Numbered from the stretch's first letter, positions 13,660 to 27,602 are shown. The stretch: DNA of 64,000 bases from Eledone cirrhosa (GCA_964016885.1 OZ024741.1:153078001-153142000); one strand, 5' to 3'. Notes: generated by a model not told the origin, from the sequence alone. Numbers and translations are program-made.

Positions 13660-14545
13660 GTTACAGTGCCTTCAAGTCCCTGCAGTTATAATCCCTCTGC
13701 ATCTCTGCTGAAACTTCAGACCACCAATTATTCTTTATCTTTCATGTTTTGCTTTGCAGTTTTGATGTTGCTTCTTTGAAGGCTTTCTCAAAAGTGGTCC
13801 TCACTGGACGACAAGGCACTTCTCATACAGCTTGTTCTTCTCTTTAATGAGCATGGTGATTTCAGCATCATTATCATCAATGGCAGTGTCGGTAGAGGGT
13901 CGGACGCCATGCTTTGACGTATAGAGTTACGGCCCTTGCCACTCTGAGTTCAAATCCCACCGATGTTAACTTTGCCTTTCATCCTTACGAGGTCGATAAA
14001 ATAAAGTACCAGTAATACACTGGGTAATTGCTGGCCTTGTGCCAAAAGTAGAAACAATTATCATCAAACCAGTCCCTGTGTTTTGTCTTCTTATGACTAA
14101 GTATATCAGCCTCAACACTGTAAACCTGTGTTTTAAACTGTTCCAAAGTTCCTTCAAAGACAACGTTGTCAAGTACATTTTGAAGAGCATCTCGCATTTC
14201 TCAACTTTCCAGTTTGGATACATCTGTACGTTTTGGAACATGTACCCATTTTTGCCCTCAATTTTCTTCTGATCTGCACCTTCATCTTGCCACGAGCAAG
14301 TTTGTGGTCTGTCCACATTCTGCACCAACCATTACTTTTACAGAGCAGATATCCAGGAGGTCTCTCTTCCTGGTGATGCTATATTTCAAGATGTGTCCAT
14401 GTATGAATCACGGGTTTTTCCATTTTCCCTTGTGGATCTATTTTTGCTTTTAAAAAGTATTGCACACGACCAGCTCACACTTAAATGCATAATTGCAAAA
14501 GGAGAAGACGATTAGCATTCATCTTGCCCACGCTGTGACGTCCTA
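13660..14545 (-). pseudogene. Degenerate RTE-clade LINE ORF fragment (APE endonuclease C-terminus and linker), split by a SINE
   Basis: Minus-strand translation gives [44 protein letters not shown]|DAEI and KNNWWSEVSAEMQ, typical RTE motifs; contains stops and frameshifts. Confidence 0.8.
13881..14056 (+). mobile_element. tRNA-derived SINE with 11-bp TSD ATTATCATCAA (13870-13880, 14057-14067)
   Basis: B-box GAGTTCAAATCCC, body TTGCCTTTCATCCTTACG.GGTCGATAAAATAAAGTACCAG; many copies in window; TSD visible. Confidence 0.9.
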
Positions 14546-14597
14546 AAACACTCTAGACGTGGCCGTCCTTTCACACACGTATATATATATTTATATG

Positions 14598-14630
<33 letters not shown>

Positions 14631-14672
14631 TTATATATATATATATATTTATACATATATATATATATATTT

Positions 14673-14743
<71 letters not shown>

Positions 14744-14810
14744 CCTAATATATATATATATTATGGAATACTGTTGGCTTCTTGCTACAATAATTTCTAT
14801 ACTTTTCATT

Positions 14811-14842
<32 letters not shown>

Positions 14843-14867
14843 CATATATATGTATGTATATATTTAT

Positions 14868-15186
14868 ACACACAAAAACAAGATGGCGTAGGACAGAACA
14901 AAGGAGAGGCACAAAAACAAAGAAAAGAATCCCCAGTCACTGAAGAGGTCACAGAATGTGTGACGAAAGAACTTTGACAATATATAAACCACCATCTGGT
15001 TGTGGAACCAACCAACCAACCGGAAATTTATAAATTCCTAAATTTATAAATTTATTATAATAAATTGAAGTGAAACAACTGGTGCGTGTGTTTCTTATTG
15101 GCAACATGACCCTCCCAAAGTATAACAATATCGGTTTCAACACACGTTTTCAGATAAAGAAACTTGCTACACAAATTCAGGATCGA
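14868..15186 (+). mobile_element. Solo Penelope-like pseudo-LTR/3' end between (TA)n tracts
   Basis: Near-identical to 36405-36727 and 42600-42922, which follow the PLE ORF. Confidence 0.9.
14936..14978 (+). ncRNA. Minimal type I hammerhead ribozyme in PLE pLTR
   Basis: GTCA-CTGAAGA-g-GTCACA/TGTGAC-GAAA-GAACT-T|TGAC; stems I and II pair, stem III very short. Confidence 0.8.
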
Positions 15187-15414
15187 TATATATTTATGTA
15201 TATATATATATGCATTATGTGTGTATGTATATCTTCATATATCTCCATATATATATATATATATACATACACACAAATACATATCAATAAAAAAAACATT
15301 CTCACCAGTTGAATTATTTTTATATGCAATATTACTTTGAGAGGTGATAATTAACAATAGATGTACTGTGAGCCAGAGATAGTAAACAAATAATGGAGAC
15401 AGAGAGCGCGGGGG

Positions 15415-15422
15415 AGAGAGAC

Positions 15423-15512
<90 letters not shown>

Positions 15513-15581
15513 GGAGAGATATGTGTGGTGGTGGGAGAAAAGCGTGATGGGGAAGGCAATGATGTGGATAGGAAAGCTAGT

Positions 15582-15659
<78 letters not shown>

Positions 15660-15660
15660 G
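15415..15660. repeat. (GA)n microsatellites
   Basis: Direct. Confidence 0.97.
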
Positions 15661-16062
15661 GGAGATAGAGTCGGAAAGTCGTAGGAGAAAATACAAATGT
15701 TATGAAGAGTAAGTAACAGAGAAAATAAGGTGAGAGAAACTTGAGAAACGATAGATAGAAGAACAGAAAATGAAATGGACTGACTGCCCAGAAATAGAGA
15801 GAGCGAGAGAGAGAGAGGGGGCAAAAAGAGAGATAGATGAATAAAGTGGAAAGAAAAAGAGAAAGAGAGAGAAACATAGATAAATAGATGAGAGAGAGAG
15901 AGAGGGGAATAGAAAAGAATAGAAAAGAGAGGGATCAATAAAATAATAAAAGAAAGATAGATCGATAGAAAATAGAGAGAGAGAGAAATATAGTTGAGGA
16001 GAAGATAGACAGTAAACAATGGAAGAAAACAGGTAAATTTATATAGGTCGTGTTAAACGATG

Positions 16063-16101
<39 letters not shown>

Positions 16102-16226
16102 TGTATACATATACACAAAAATACATATACATATACACATACACAAAAATACATATACATTTACATATACACAAATATATTCACAGAAATATAAAAATAT
16201 AGATAAATATAGATTCATAAACAAAG

Positions 16227-16229
<3 letters not shown>

Positions 16230-16296
<67 letters not shown>
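16230..16296. repeat. (TG)n microsatellite
   Basis: Direct. Confidence 0.97.
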
Positions 16297-16298
<2 letters not shown>

Positions 16299-16641
16299 AT
16301 ACATACGTATATATAGTTATTCATTAACAAACTATGGTGTAAATTGTGGAACAATCGTTTCGCCCTGGGAGCGTCGTGAGCGAAGAGTTCTCAAGCACGT
16401 TTTCCTGCGAGCCCTATCAGAAGCAACTGTCTCCAATTGATCCTGCTTGGATCCCCAGACTAGACCAGTCGAGCTATTGGATGTTATCTTACTCAGGGTC
16501 GTCTGTCGGTTAGTTTTTCCTCGTAAAATCTGTCCAGAGATTCTTACCTGAAAGAAGTAGCGGCTCTACCCTGAGCAACTCTCTGGTCTCTGAGCTATGA
16601 AACTCCATCAAGTTACTCCAAAGACCCTTTGGAGGAACCCC

Positions 16642-17232
<591 letters not shown>

Positions 17233-17279
17233 CAGGGAGCATAATATTTACTTGCTATACCTTATAGCGTGGAAATAGG

Positions 17280-17360
17280 GCTGTCTGAAGATTCATTTCT
17301 TTCCATTGGAAATTCGTTGGATTTCCAATCTTTCGGAATGATGAAACCGTCGGTAACAGC
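17280..17360 (+). ncRNA. Type I hammerhead ribozyme, copy 1
   Basis: GCTGT-CTGAAGA-tTCATT...AATGAt-GAAA-CCGTCGGT-A|ACAGC; internal hairpin ATTGGAAAT/ATTTCCAAT in stem II. Confidence 0.82.
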
Positions 17361-17736
17361 ATCTGAACAGGTGATTATTTAATCATTTTTTAATTTATTT
17401 AGAAGATTGTTTAATAACCGTTTGTTTCGCTACTTTTATATTGTTCTGGTATCTCGAATTAGTGCCATTGAACCACATGTATTATAAACAACTTGAATAT
17501 TTCTACAAGTACATTGTACCTGTTGAAGTATCCATCCACTTCTATAATTTATTCTCCTTACGTAGAGAACAAAACGTTGAATAATGCCGCTAATTTTAGT
17601 GGCAATTCGACATGTTTATAATATCCAGCTTTTATCAGCGACCTGATTTGCGTGTGTGTCACTTTAACGGCTTGACCGCATGCGTTGGGCAGGGAGCATA
17701 ATATTTACTTGCTATACCTTATAGCGTGGAAATAGG

Positions 17737-17817
17737 GCTGTCTGAAGATTCATTTCTTTCCATTGGAAATTCGTTGGATTTCCAATCTTTCGGAATGATG
17801 AAACCGTCGGTAACAGC
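17737..17817 (+). ncRNA. Type I hammerhead ribozyme, copy 2
   Basis: Identical to 17280-17360. Confidence 0.82.
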
Positions 17818-18193
17818 ATCTGAACAGGTGATTATTTAATCATTTTTTAATTTATTTAGAAGATTGTTTAATAACCGTTTGTTTCGCTACTTTTATATTG
17901 TTCTGGTATCTCGAATTAGTGCCATTGAACCACATGTATTATAAACAACTTGAATATTTCTACAAGTACATTGTACCTGTTGAAGTATCCATCCACTTCT
18001 ATAATTTATTCTCCTTACGTAGAGAACAAAACGTTGAATAATGCCGCTAATTTTAGTGGCAATTCGACATGTTTATAATATCCAGCTTTTATCAGCGACC
18101 TGATTTGCGCGTGTGTCACTTTAACGGCTTGACCGCATGCGTTGGGCAGGGAGCATAATATTTACTTGCTATACCTTATAGCGTGGAAATAGG

Positions 18194-18274
18194 GCTGTCT
18201 GAAGATTCATTTCTTTCCATTGGAAATTCGTTGGATTTCCAATCTTTCGGAATGATGAAACCGTCGGTAACAGC
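18194..18274 (+). ncRNA. Type I hammerhead ribozyme, copy 3
   Basis: Identical to 17280-17360. Confidence 0.82.
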
Positions 18275-18455
18275 ATCTGAACAGGTGATTATTTAATCAT
18301 TTTTTAATTTATTTAGAAGATTGTTTAATAACCGTTTGTTTCGCTACTTTTATATTGTTCTGGTATCTCGAATTAGTGCCATTGAACCACATGTATTATA
18401 AACAACTTGAATATTTCTACAAGTACATTGTACCTGTTGAAGTATCCATCCACTT

Positions 18456-18524
<69 letters not shown>

Positions 18525-18817
18525 TATAAAGTATGTCCATAGAATCATTTGATAATATATATACACCATTTTCTCTCCCAATTAGCATAATCAACCACAC
18601 AAAAATCTATTAAACCAGGCTATAAGATTAAAAGGCACATATGAAGAAATAGTGGATAAATAAACGACAGCCATCTATTCGCGGTCAACCGCTATAGAAT
18701 ATTTACCCAACATTTCAATAGCACGTGGAAATTGATTAAATATTACCGTCAACCATACACAATTAGGTATAAAATTAAAGTTAGAAGAAAAAATGCATAT
18801 ACACATACCAGGATTAA

Positions 18818-18898
18818 GTTTCCACCCTTAGGGTTTCGTTTGCTTTCAGAAATATCCTATCAAGGATAAATTCTCGAGCTTCGAACTCGTCAGGAAAC
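18818..18898 (-). ncRNA. Type I hammerhead-like motif with non-canonical GUG cleavage triplet
   Basis: Minus strand GTTTC-CTGACGA-GTT...AAC-GAAA-CCCTAAGGGT-G|GAAAC. Confidence 0.65.
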
Positions 18899-19210
18899 AA
18901 ACTCACTTGGACAAAAAATTTTCCTAAATGATCCTCGCCAGAAACGAATTCAAAATGGCTAAGAACTGTGGCGTGGCAGTGGTCAAGTCAGAAAGAATGT
19001 GATTGGTGCCTACGGCGAGTAGGCTGGTTGCTAGAAAGCACAGCCCAATATTGCCAATATTGCATCTCAACCTTATGGGAGATTATCAAATCTAAAGATT
19101 TACATATGCACAAACTAGACATATATATATATAACGAAGGAAATGTGGTAAGGAACCAGGTGGACCATAACGCACCAAAGTACTCAATACTTAGGGTAGT
19201 AGAGTGGGTA

Positions 19211-19436
<226 letters not shown>

Positions 19437-19449
19437 TTATATATGTATG

Positions 19450-19518
<69 letters not shown>

Positions 19519-19568
19519 GAAATAGCCGTCGAAACGGCTTGAGGTCTGCCGCCGGGGTCATACCTTTT

Positions 19569-19671
<103 letters not shown>

Positions 19672-19734
19672 GTATATATATATGAAAGACGTAAATAAGA
19701 AAGTTATGAAAATTGACTTACTTACTAAAATTTC

Positions 19735-19815
19735 ACTCCAACTAATTAGTTTCTGTAAGGGGATAAATATGGTTACGGAGTGTACCCATAGAGAAGCCTT
19801 ACGTCATCAGGGAGT
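19735..19815 (-). ncRNA. Type I hammerhead ribozyme
   Basis: Minus strand ACTCC-CTGATGA-cGTAAGG...CCTTACa-GAAA-CTAATTAGT-T|GGAGT. Confidence 0.82.
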
Positions 19816-20304
19816 CTATTCTCAGCTAAGCTTCCAGGCAATGCGGGGACACTGGGAACTTATATAAAAATAATTCAGTGGATGGAAAAAAGCGAGCGGG
19901 GCTAGATTCCAGGACATTGAAAAATTCACTGCCTACTTGGTCAAGTGGCAAATTCAAAAGAATCAATCACGTGACACTGAGGTTAATCAGCTAGGAGTGG
20001 GGGTGCTATTAAGACAGAGCCTAGTCACTACTATTAATCACAGTAGTAATTTCGGCAAATTTTGCTCAACAAATAATTTGGAGATAATTATAAAGAATTA
20101 ATATATCTACCGACATATATATACAGATGCATACCTATGCTAGCAAATATATATGTTTTGTCTTAGTAACTTTGTGGTTCTATGCAAGGGGATGCAGAAC
20201 AATTATATGAAAGACGTAAATAAGAAAGTTATGAAAATTGACTTATATATATATAACACGTAAAATAAGAAAATTATAGTAATTAACTTACTTACTTAAA
20301 TTTC

Positions 20305-20386
20305 ACTCCAACTAATTAGTTTCTGAAAGGGGATATACATAGTCTTCAAATGGAGACCATGGAGAATCCTTTCTTCATCAGGGAGT
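20305..20386 (-). ncRNA. Type I hammerhead ribozyme (covarying stem II)
   Basis: Minus strand ACTCC-CTGATGA-aGAAAGG...CCTTTCa-GAAA-CTAATTAGT-T|GGAGT. Confidence 0.82.
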
Positions 20387-20725
20387 CATTCTCGGCTAAG
20401 ATTCCTGGCAATACGCGGACACATGGAACTTAGTGGATGGAAAAAAAGCAAGCGCGGACTAAATCCCAAGACACTGAAAATTTCACTGCCTTCCTGGTCA
20501 GTGGCAAATTCAAACGAATCAATCACGTGACATCGAGGTTAATCAGTGAGGAGTGGGTTGTTAAAAGATAGTAGCCAAACTAATACTATGTACCATAGTA
20601 GTAATTTAGGCAAATTTTTGCTCAACAAAATAATTTGGAGATAATTATAAAGAAATAGTATATCTACCAACATATTTATACAGATGTATCCTTACGCTAG
20701 CAAAGATATAGGTTTTGACTTAGTA

Positions 20726-20776
<51 letters not shown>

Positions 20777-20970
20777 TCAGGTTTGAGGTTCACCACTGTA
20801 TAGAGCTGGTCTATTCCGTATGGTCAATCGTAATGCAACAATATAGAGAGTACTCAACGTAAAGCAGTTCAACCGTCTTTGTTTTTGTAGTTGGTGGTGC
20901 TATTACGGAGTTAAATATTATAATGAAATGACAGGAGGCTGGATTTGTGTAAATCCTTGAAAGGTTTATT

Positions 20971-21028
20971 ATACTATGATCATTTCAATGACCGGGTTCC
21001 GTATGAATCCGGTGATATCATCAGGTAT
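20971..21028 (-). ncRNA. Type I hammerhead ribozyme (left arm)
   Basis: Reverse complement of 22278-22335. Confidence 0.78.
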
Positions 21029-22277
21029 TCGAAATATAATACGTGAATGTAATAGGTAAAATCCATGGGGCTGAAAATCGAGACCCGAGGGCGACCGCTA
21101 TTCTGTTCCTTCAACCTCAGCCGGTCGCCCTGGAGTGACGTGGCTAAATTTTATAGTATGCTACTACCGGTCAGATGAACGAAAACAGAAAGAGATGGGA
21201 GCATAGGTTAACGTCGATCCCATGACACAAGGTAAAAGAAAGAAAGAAAGGAAGGAGAAGAAGGGGGAAGAAAGAAGAAGAGAAGTCAGGGTTAATGTCA
21301 GCTAAAAGAGGAAGGTAACTACTACTGGTCAGATATAGGCAAGCAAGAGGGGGAAGGAAGATAAGTCTGCAGGGAGGAGGAGAGAAGTAGAAAAGTGATG
21401 GTTGATGGCTACAAGAAGGAAGATAGAAAGGAAGTTCCAACTTTCTGTCGGACTGTTGGGTGGGTTTTAATGGCAGCGCGACCAGCTCCGTGGCGAACGA
21501 GCTCACCTAGAGTGCTTGGAAAAATAAATTTCCCCTTCTTTCAGTAAATGAAAATACTCGGCGTGGCTTAATTCGCCATGGGGCCTGGGGCGCGGCCGTT
21601 GTTTTAACCGCCAAATAGTACCTTTAAATTACAGAACAAATCGGAACTATTATATAATTAATTGTTAAACTGTTGAACTTTAAATTTTCTAACCTCTTTA
21701 ATATTGAATATTGATTATTAAATGTTTTTAACGTCATCCTAGAAGTCTAAACACTGTAAAACACCGACTCCCAATATATCCATCTCCGCTAAGATGCGGG
21801 TCCCTGTGAAAATTTTCTCGCGTCACTCCTGGCTTGACTGTGGTCTGACATTAATATCGACCTGTCTTCCTCTTCCTTTCTATCTTCCTTCTTGTAGCCA
21901 TCAACCATCACTTTTCTACTTCTCTCCTCCTCCCTGCAGACTTATCTTCCTTCCCCCTCTTGCTTGCCTATATCTGACCAGTAGTAGTTACCTTCCTCTT
22001 TTAGCTGACATTAACCCTGACTTCTCTTCTTCTTTCTTCCCCCTTCTTCTCCTTCCTTTCTTTCTTTCTTTTACCTTGTGTCATGGGATCGACGTTAACC
22101 TATGCTCCCATCTCTTTCTGTTTTCGTTCATCTGACCGGTAGTAGCATACTATAAAATTTAGCCACGTCACTCCAGGGCGACCGGCTGAGGTTGAAGGAA
22201 CAGAATAGCGGTCGCCCTCGGGTCTCGATTTTCAGCCCCATGGATTTTACCTATTACATTCACGTATTATATTTCGA

Positions 22278-22335
22278 ATACCTGATGATATCACCGGATT
22301 CATACGGAACCCGGTCATTGAAATGATCATAGTAT
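22278..22335 (+). ncRNA. Type I hammerhead ribozyme (right arm)
   Basis: ATAC-CTGATGA-tATcACCGG...CCGGTcATt-GAAA-TGATCAT-A|GTAT. Confidence 0.78.
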
Positions 22336-22381
22336 AATAAACCTTTCAAGGATTTACACAAATCCAGCCTCCTGTCATTTC

Positions 22382-22583
<202 letters not shown>

Positions 22584-22724
22584 CATATACACATACACAT
22601 ATATGCAACGTTTTTCGAAATATTTACTTCTGCATTCACAGATTGATTTTTTTAGTTTCAGAAGATCCCGTTAAGGGTGAAAGCAGCGATTCTTTGCTTA
22701 AACTTTAATCTCTTAGTTATTTTA

Positions 22725-22794
<70 letters not shown>

Positions 22795-23150
22795 CATGTG
22801 CGATATTTAGTTACTTAAATTATCTCTAGGTGTGCTGTTCATATAATCCTTACTCCTTTTGAGAAGCCCTAGGATTATTAGACACAACCTGTAATTTTTG
22901 GCGAAACAAACTCTATCTGTAGTTTGTCTAGGTGTTTAATAGTTATTGAAATGGTTAGTACATTTTAATTCATTTTTTCCGGTTATTATGTATTTTCTGT
23001 TTATTCATAGATTATATGCATCGCACCAAAGTGGTTTTTCAACCCATGTAATTCAAAACACTTCTTTGTGTGTTTATTTCTATATATTATACTTTGAGCT
23101 TATTAATTACAGAGTATTAACGCGAGTTTTTAACTCCGTTTTTAATTTAT

Positions 23151-23196
<46 letters not shown>

Positions 23197-23330
23197 GTGT
23201 ACATATATGTATATATATATATATATGTGTGTGTGGGGGGATGAGGGGGGAATATATATATACATCAGGACCCCGACGGCTGAGCTAGCTCCGAACTCAG
23301 TTATGGTCCACCTGATATCTTACGACACCG

Positions 23331-23408
<78 letters not shown>

Positions 23409-23604
23409 ATACTAAGGGAGGGCTATGCTGCCAATAAAAACAAAAAAACTAAATTTTGATTTTCGGTTGGCTGGTTGGTTGGTTCGATAACCGGATGGTT
23501 GTTTATACATTGTCAAAGCTCTTTCGTCACACTTTATGTGACCTCCTCCAGTAGGAATTGGATAATCAAGACCGTAGCCGTATGTCATATATCAAATCAT
23601 ATAT

Positions 23605-23665
23605 TTTGTCTGATGAGGACGTACTGAAAAAAACAACACAGTCCCTTTGAAATATATATAATAAA
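23605..23665 (+). ncRNA. Degenerate type I hammerhead-like motif
   Basis: TTTGT-CTGATGA-...-GAAA-TATATAT-A|ATAAA; stem II weak; resembles 39233 and 49789. Confidence 0.5.
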
Positions 23666-24112
23666 GTATATATTTTGATTATGAGAATATTTATCATTTG
23701 TTAATATTTTGAATAATATTAAAAACTCCAGGAAAACTTTATTGGTTGAGTGCTTCTAGTCTATTGTCAAATTGTATTCATTGAATAATCAACGAGCCAT
23801 ACTAATGTTTGGTTATATATATATATACTTAGAATTTGTATTTGTTTTGCAAGATTTCTTATCTGAAAACGTGTTTTGAAACAGATTTTGTTATACTTTG
23901 GGAGGGTCATGCTGCCAATAAAAACACACGCATCTGTTGGTTTTCACTTCAATTTATTATAAATTCCCGGTTGGCTGGTTTAATAACCGGATTGTTGTTT
24001 ATATATTGCCAAAGCTCTTTCGACACACATTCTGTGAAGCACACAGCACACAAAACACAAAAAAACAAGATGGTGTAGGACAGAACAAAGGAGAAATACA
24101 AAATATAAAATC

Positions 24113-24157
24113 TGTCACTGAGGAGGTCACATAATGTGTAACGAAAGAGCTTTGACA
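24113..24157 (+). ncRNA. Minimal type I hammerhead in PLE pLTR (sister subfamily)
   Basis: TGTCA-CTGAGGA-g-GTCACA/TGTAAC-GAAA-GAGCT-T|TGACA. Confidence 0.72.
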
Positions 24158-24789
24158 ATGCATAAACAACCATCCGGTTATCGAACCAACGAACCAACCA
24201 GCCAACCGAAAATCAAAATTTTCTTTTTTTGTTTTTATTAGCAGCATAGCCCTCCCTTAGTATAACAATATATATATATTGGTTTCACATGATCTTAGAC
24301 AGAACAATCGATGTTCAACCAAATAAGATATTTAATCAGGAAGAGTGCACAATGATTCAACAGGTAGGCGGTGCTATGACTCTTTACGTCTATAGGAATT
24401 AAACAAATGGGGAAAATGGACTTCAAATATCCGATATACAAAATATAGAATATTTACATGTGTTAGTTTGTTGTTGTTGTCCACTTGCTTGTTACTCGTT
24501 GAATTAAACAAAGATACTTGTTTTTTACAATTATTCCCATTGTGAAAAGCTTTTGATCATCCTGGATTTTCCAGTGGTTTTGGTGGTTTGGGTGGTTTTG
24601 TTGGTTTAGGTGGCTGTAGTGGTTCTGGTGGTTCTAGTGGTTGTGGTGATGGTACTGGTGGTAGTTACAGTGGTGATGATTATGATTATATTGATGATGA
24701 TGATTGAGCTTTCTCGTGTTCTGTATCTTGCAAATCCAAATAGTGGCATTTATGGTTGTATTTAAACATCAATATAATCTCCATTGCTC

Positions 24790-25270
24790 TCCATAATCAT
24801 ATTCTATTCCATCAGTCAACAAACTTGTAAATGTGACGTTTATAAAATTTCTCATTTTCCCTTTCCTATATTGATGTTTGTCTAAGTTCATCAAAAAATG
24901 TTGGTATAATCTTACTTAAATGATAATCAGAAGTAAGGTCATAGGTCGGTGGGGAAGTTTTCCCCAGCCGAATTCTTTTAGAAGGTACTTGGTTACTCAT
25001 GCAGTATGAAAACTGGCATTGTTATTTAGAAGAATGATCCTTTTCTGTTCGTTAAGAATGGGCGTTTTTGATCCAAAGCTGTGTAATCCTCAAATTGTTT
25101 GATGACTCTTAAACAATTCCTGGCATATCCCATCTTAACATACTTGAGGGGATCTTCTTTGGACATAGTTCCCCCTTTCAGCTGATGGTACTAACAATTG
25201 CGCTTAACAAAATGGTAAAAGATCCTTTTCTCGTCCCCAGTAACAATTTTATCCAAAAATGGTAATTGGG
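24790..25270 (-). pseudogene. Degenerate mariner transposase catalytic-domain fragment
   Basis: Minus strand PFLDKIVTGDEKRIFY, IILLNNNASFHTA (HDNARPH-like), SPPTYDLTSDYHL (YSPDLAPSDYHLF-like); stops and frameshifts. Confidence 0.75.
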
Positions 25271-25300
25271 GTTGTCATGTATTCAAAGTTTCAAAATAAT

Positions 25301-25487
25301 TGTTTCTACGTTAGGCACAAGGCCAGCAATTACCCAGTGCATTACTGGTACTTTATTTTATCGACCCCGTAAGGATGAAAGGCAAAGTTAACCTCGGCGG
25401 GATTTGAACTCAGATCGTAAAGGGACGTAACTCTATACGTCAAAGCATGGCGTCCGACCCTCTCCCAATACTGCCAATCCACCGACC
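25301..25487 (-). mobile_element. tRNA-derived SINE with 18-bp TSD TCAAAGTTTCAAAATAAT (25283-25300, 25488-25505)
   Basis: Reverse complement of the SINE at 13881; TSD visible. Confidence 0.9.
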
Positions 25488-25893
25488 TCAAAGTTTCAAA
25501 ATAATGATATCTAATTGAGGCACATGGCCAGCAATTTTGGGAATGGTTAAGTTGACACCAGTGGTGTTTGGCCTCAAGAAGTAAAGAGTTGTAACTAAAT
25601 ATTAGATATCATTTGAGGTGTAAATATCCTAGAAACCAGTCTAGGACAAGACTGAGCAAGCTAAATGTTGAGCAACATAAGATTTATTCCTCAAAATTTG
25701 TTAACATTTATAACACTAATTTACGATATGTATTTTAATGCGACAACCATAGGATTATCTCAAATGATATCAAATTTTTTGAAACACCCTGTATTTTGTT
25801 GGATTGTTTAACAACTCTGCTCATCCACCGCCACCCTAAACGTCACAGTAATGTATATAGTTCTCTAGAGACAAACCTTTTCTTTTCGTGTTA

Positions 25894-26515
25894 TCTATAT
25901 ATATAAAACTGGGGGTGTGTGTGTCTGTGAGTTTGAATCCCTAAAACTCGAGAAGTACCCAACCGATTTTTGTATTACTTATGTTTCAGGGAGTGTTATG
26001 CACATAAAAAAATACAACTTTTTGATCCCCTATGGCCTGCATTAGGTGAAAAACTGCGTTTTTTCAGGTTTTTAGGGGGGTTTTTTAGGCGTTACGTCAG
26101 ACCGATTTCCTTGAAATTGTAACTATGTATTAGTCAGTCTCTTCTTCATACCGTGAGCAAAGAAAATCCAACTTTTTTATGGCCTAGGTGAAGAAAATCC
26201 AACTTTTTTATGGCATTAGGTGAAGAACTTCATTTTTTCAGCTTTTTAGGGCTTTTTAGAGGCGTTACGTCTAGCCGATTTTCCCGAAATTTCAAGGCAT
26301 ATTATGCACATAAAAAAAATTCATTTTCTTGATCCCCTAGGGCCCGCATTAGGTGAGAACCTGCATTTTTCCTGCTTCATCGAGGAAAATCATCAGAGTA
26401 TTCGGTTTATTTGCTTTACATATTATCCAGGCATGCAGTTTTTCCACGATTAGGTCTGTTGACGGCCTGCGTTCCAAAATACCTTATCCCGTGCAACGCC
26501 GGGTACCACCGCTAG
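25894..26515 (+). mobile_element. Non-autonomous Helitron
   Basis: 5' TCTATATATATAAAA, 3' hairpin CCCGtGC-AAC-GCCGGG (26488-26503) then CTAG, inserted at A|T, internal subrepeats, no TSD. Confidence 0.8.
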
Positions 26516-27166
26516 TATAGTTATATATCTAACATTGAAATGCCTTCTGATTTCATGGCCTGTAATGGCAGGTTTTTGCAGGGACAGTCCCTTTTCGGGC
26601 CTCTAAATTGAGTACATGTGGTTCATCATTATTTAGGCTGAAATCCCTAATTCTGAAGTGGAAAAAAACCACCTCTTACATGTTCTTTCTCGTACTGTGT
26701 TAACACCATAATTGCTCTGGGTGGGTATTTGTCGTTGCACTTGCGTTGACCCCTCTATGAATCTCATATAGCATGACATATCCAGTGTCTTTTTAGTGAG
26801 ATCAAACATAGGGTCAACTTGAAAACGTTTACATGAATAATGTTCTAATCGGAAAGAAGTAATGTTACAAATGGTAGCATAGCGAAATATATAGAGTTAG
26901 ATATTGAACATAATCTTGTTCAATATATTCCGGCTCGAAACCCCGAAAGAACTTTTTCTTCCAGTCCAGATGTGTGTGTGTGTGGGGGGGGGGGGGGGGA
27001 TGCGTGTGTTTCTGTGTATAAGTATGTGTGACTAGATTACAATCATTATACTCTGCTCTCCCACCTCTCTCTCATCTAAAGCATGAAATTGTGTACCGCC
27101 GTATTCGTTATGATGTATATATATATATATATATAATATATATATATACACACATTAGTATATATC

Positions 27167-27214
<48 letters not shown>

Positions 27215-27237
27215 CATATATATACATATATACATAC

Positions 27238-27352
<115 letters not shown>

Positions 27353-27602
27353 GAGAGGTATAGAGATTGTTTTAGCAAGAAGCTAACGGCATTCTATAAC
27401 ATATATGCGACTATAACGTCAAGATGGGAAAAGTAGTTAACGAAAGATTTAGGAAAAATAACGCAAACTCATCTCAAAAGAGAATCAGGATATAAATTCA
27501 TCCACAGAATTTAGTAAAATCCAGGGAAAAATCTATAGACCTTTAACTCATGATAAAATAAAGTTTGAAACACTTATCCTTCAATTTGGAATAACATCAA
27601 AT

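Larger units (their letters stand above)
17233..18461 (+). mobile_element. 457-bp tandem repeat, 2.7 near-identical copies, one hammerhead per unit (retrozyme-like), inserted in (TA)n
   Basis: Unit starts at 17233, 17690 and 18147 (CAGGGAGCATAAT); flanked by (TA)n on both sides. Confidence 0.9.
19680..20730 (-). mobile_element. Two diverged tandem units (about 520-570 bp), each with a hammerhead, between (TA)n tracts
   Basis: 19680-20200 aligns with 20250-20730. Confidence 0.85.
23402..24272. mobile_element. Rearranged PLE pLTR fragments of a sister subfamily: inverted pieces 23402-23552 and 23825-24035, forward piece 24036-24272
   Basis: Homologous to the pLTR at 14868-15186; TA tracts at both ends. 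Confidence 0.8.

Noticed and set aside
16345-16430. Minus-strand hammerhead candidate (CTGATAG...GGGCGAAACGATTGT)
   Set aside because: Core lacks G8-A9, and stems I and II do not pair
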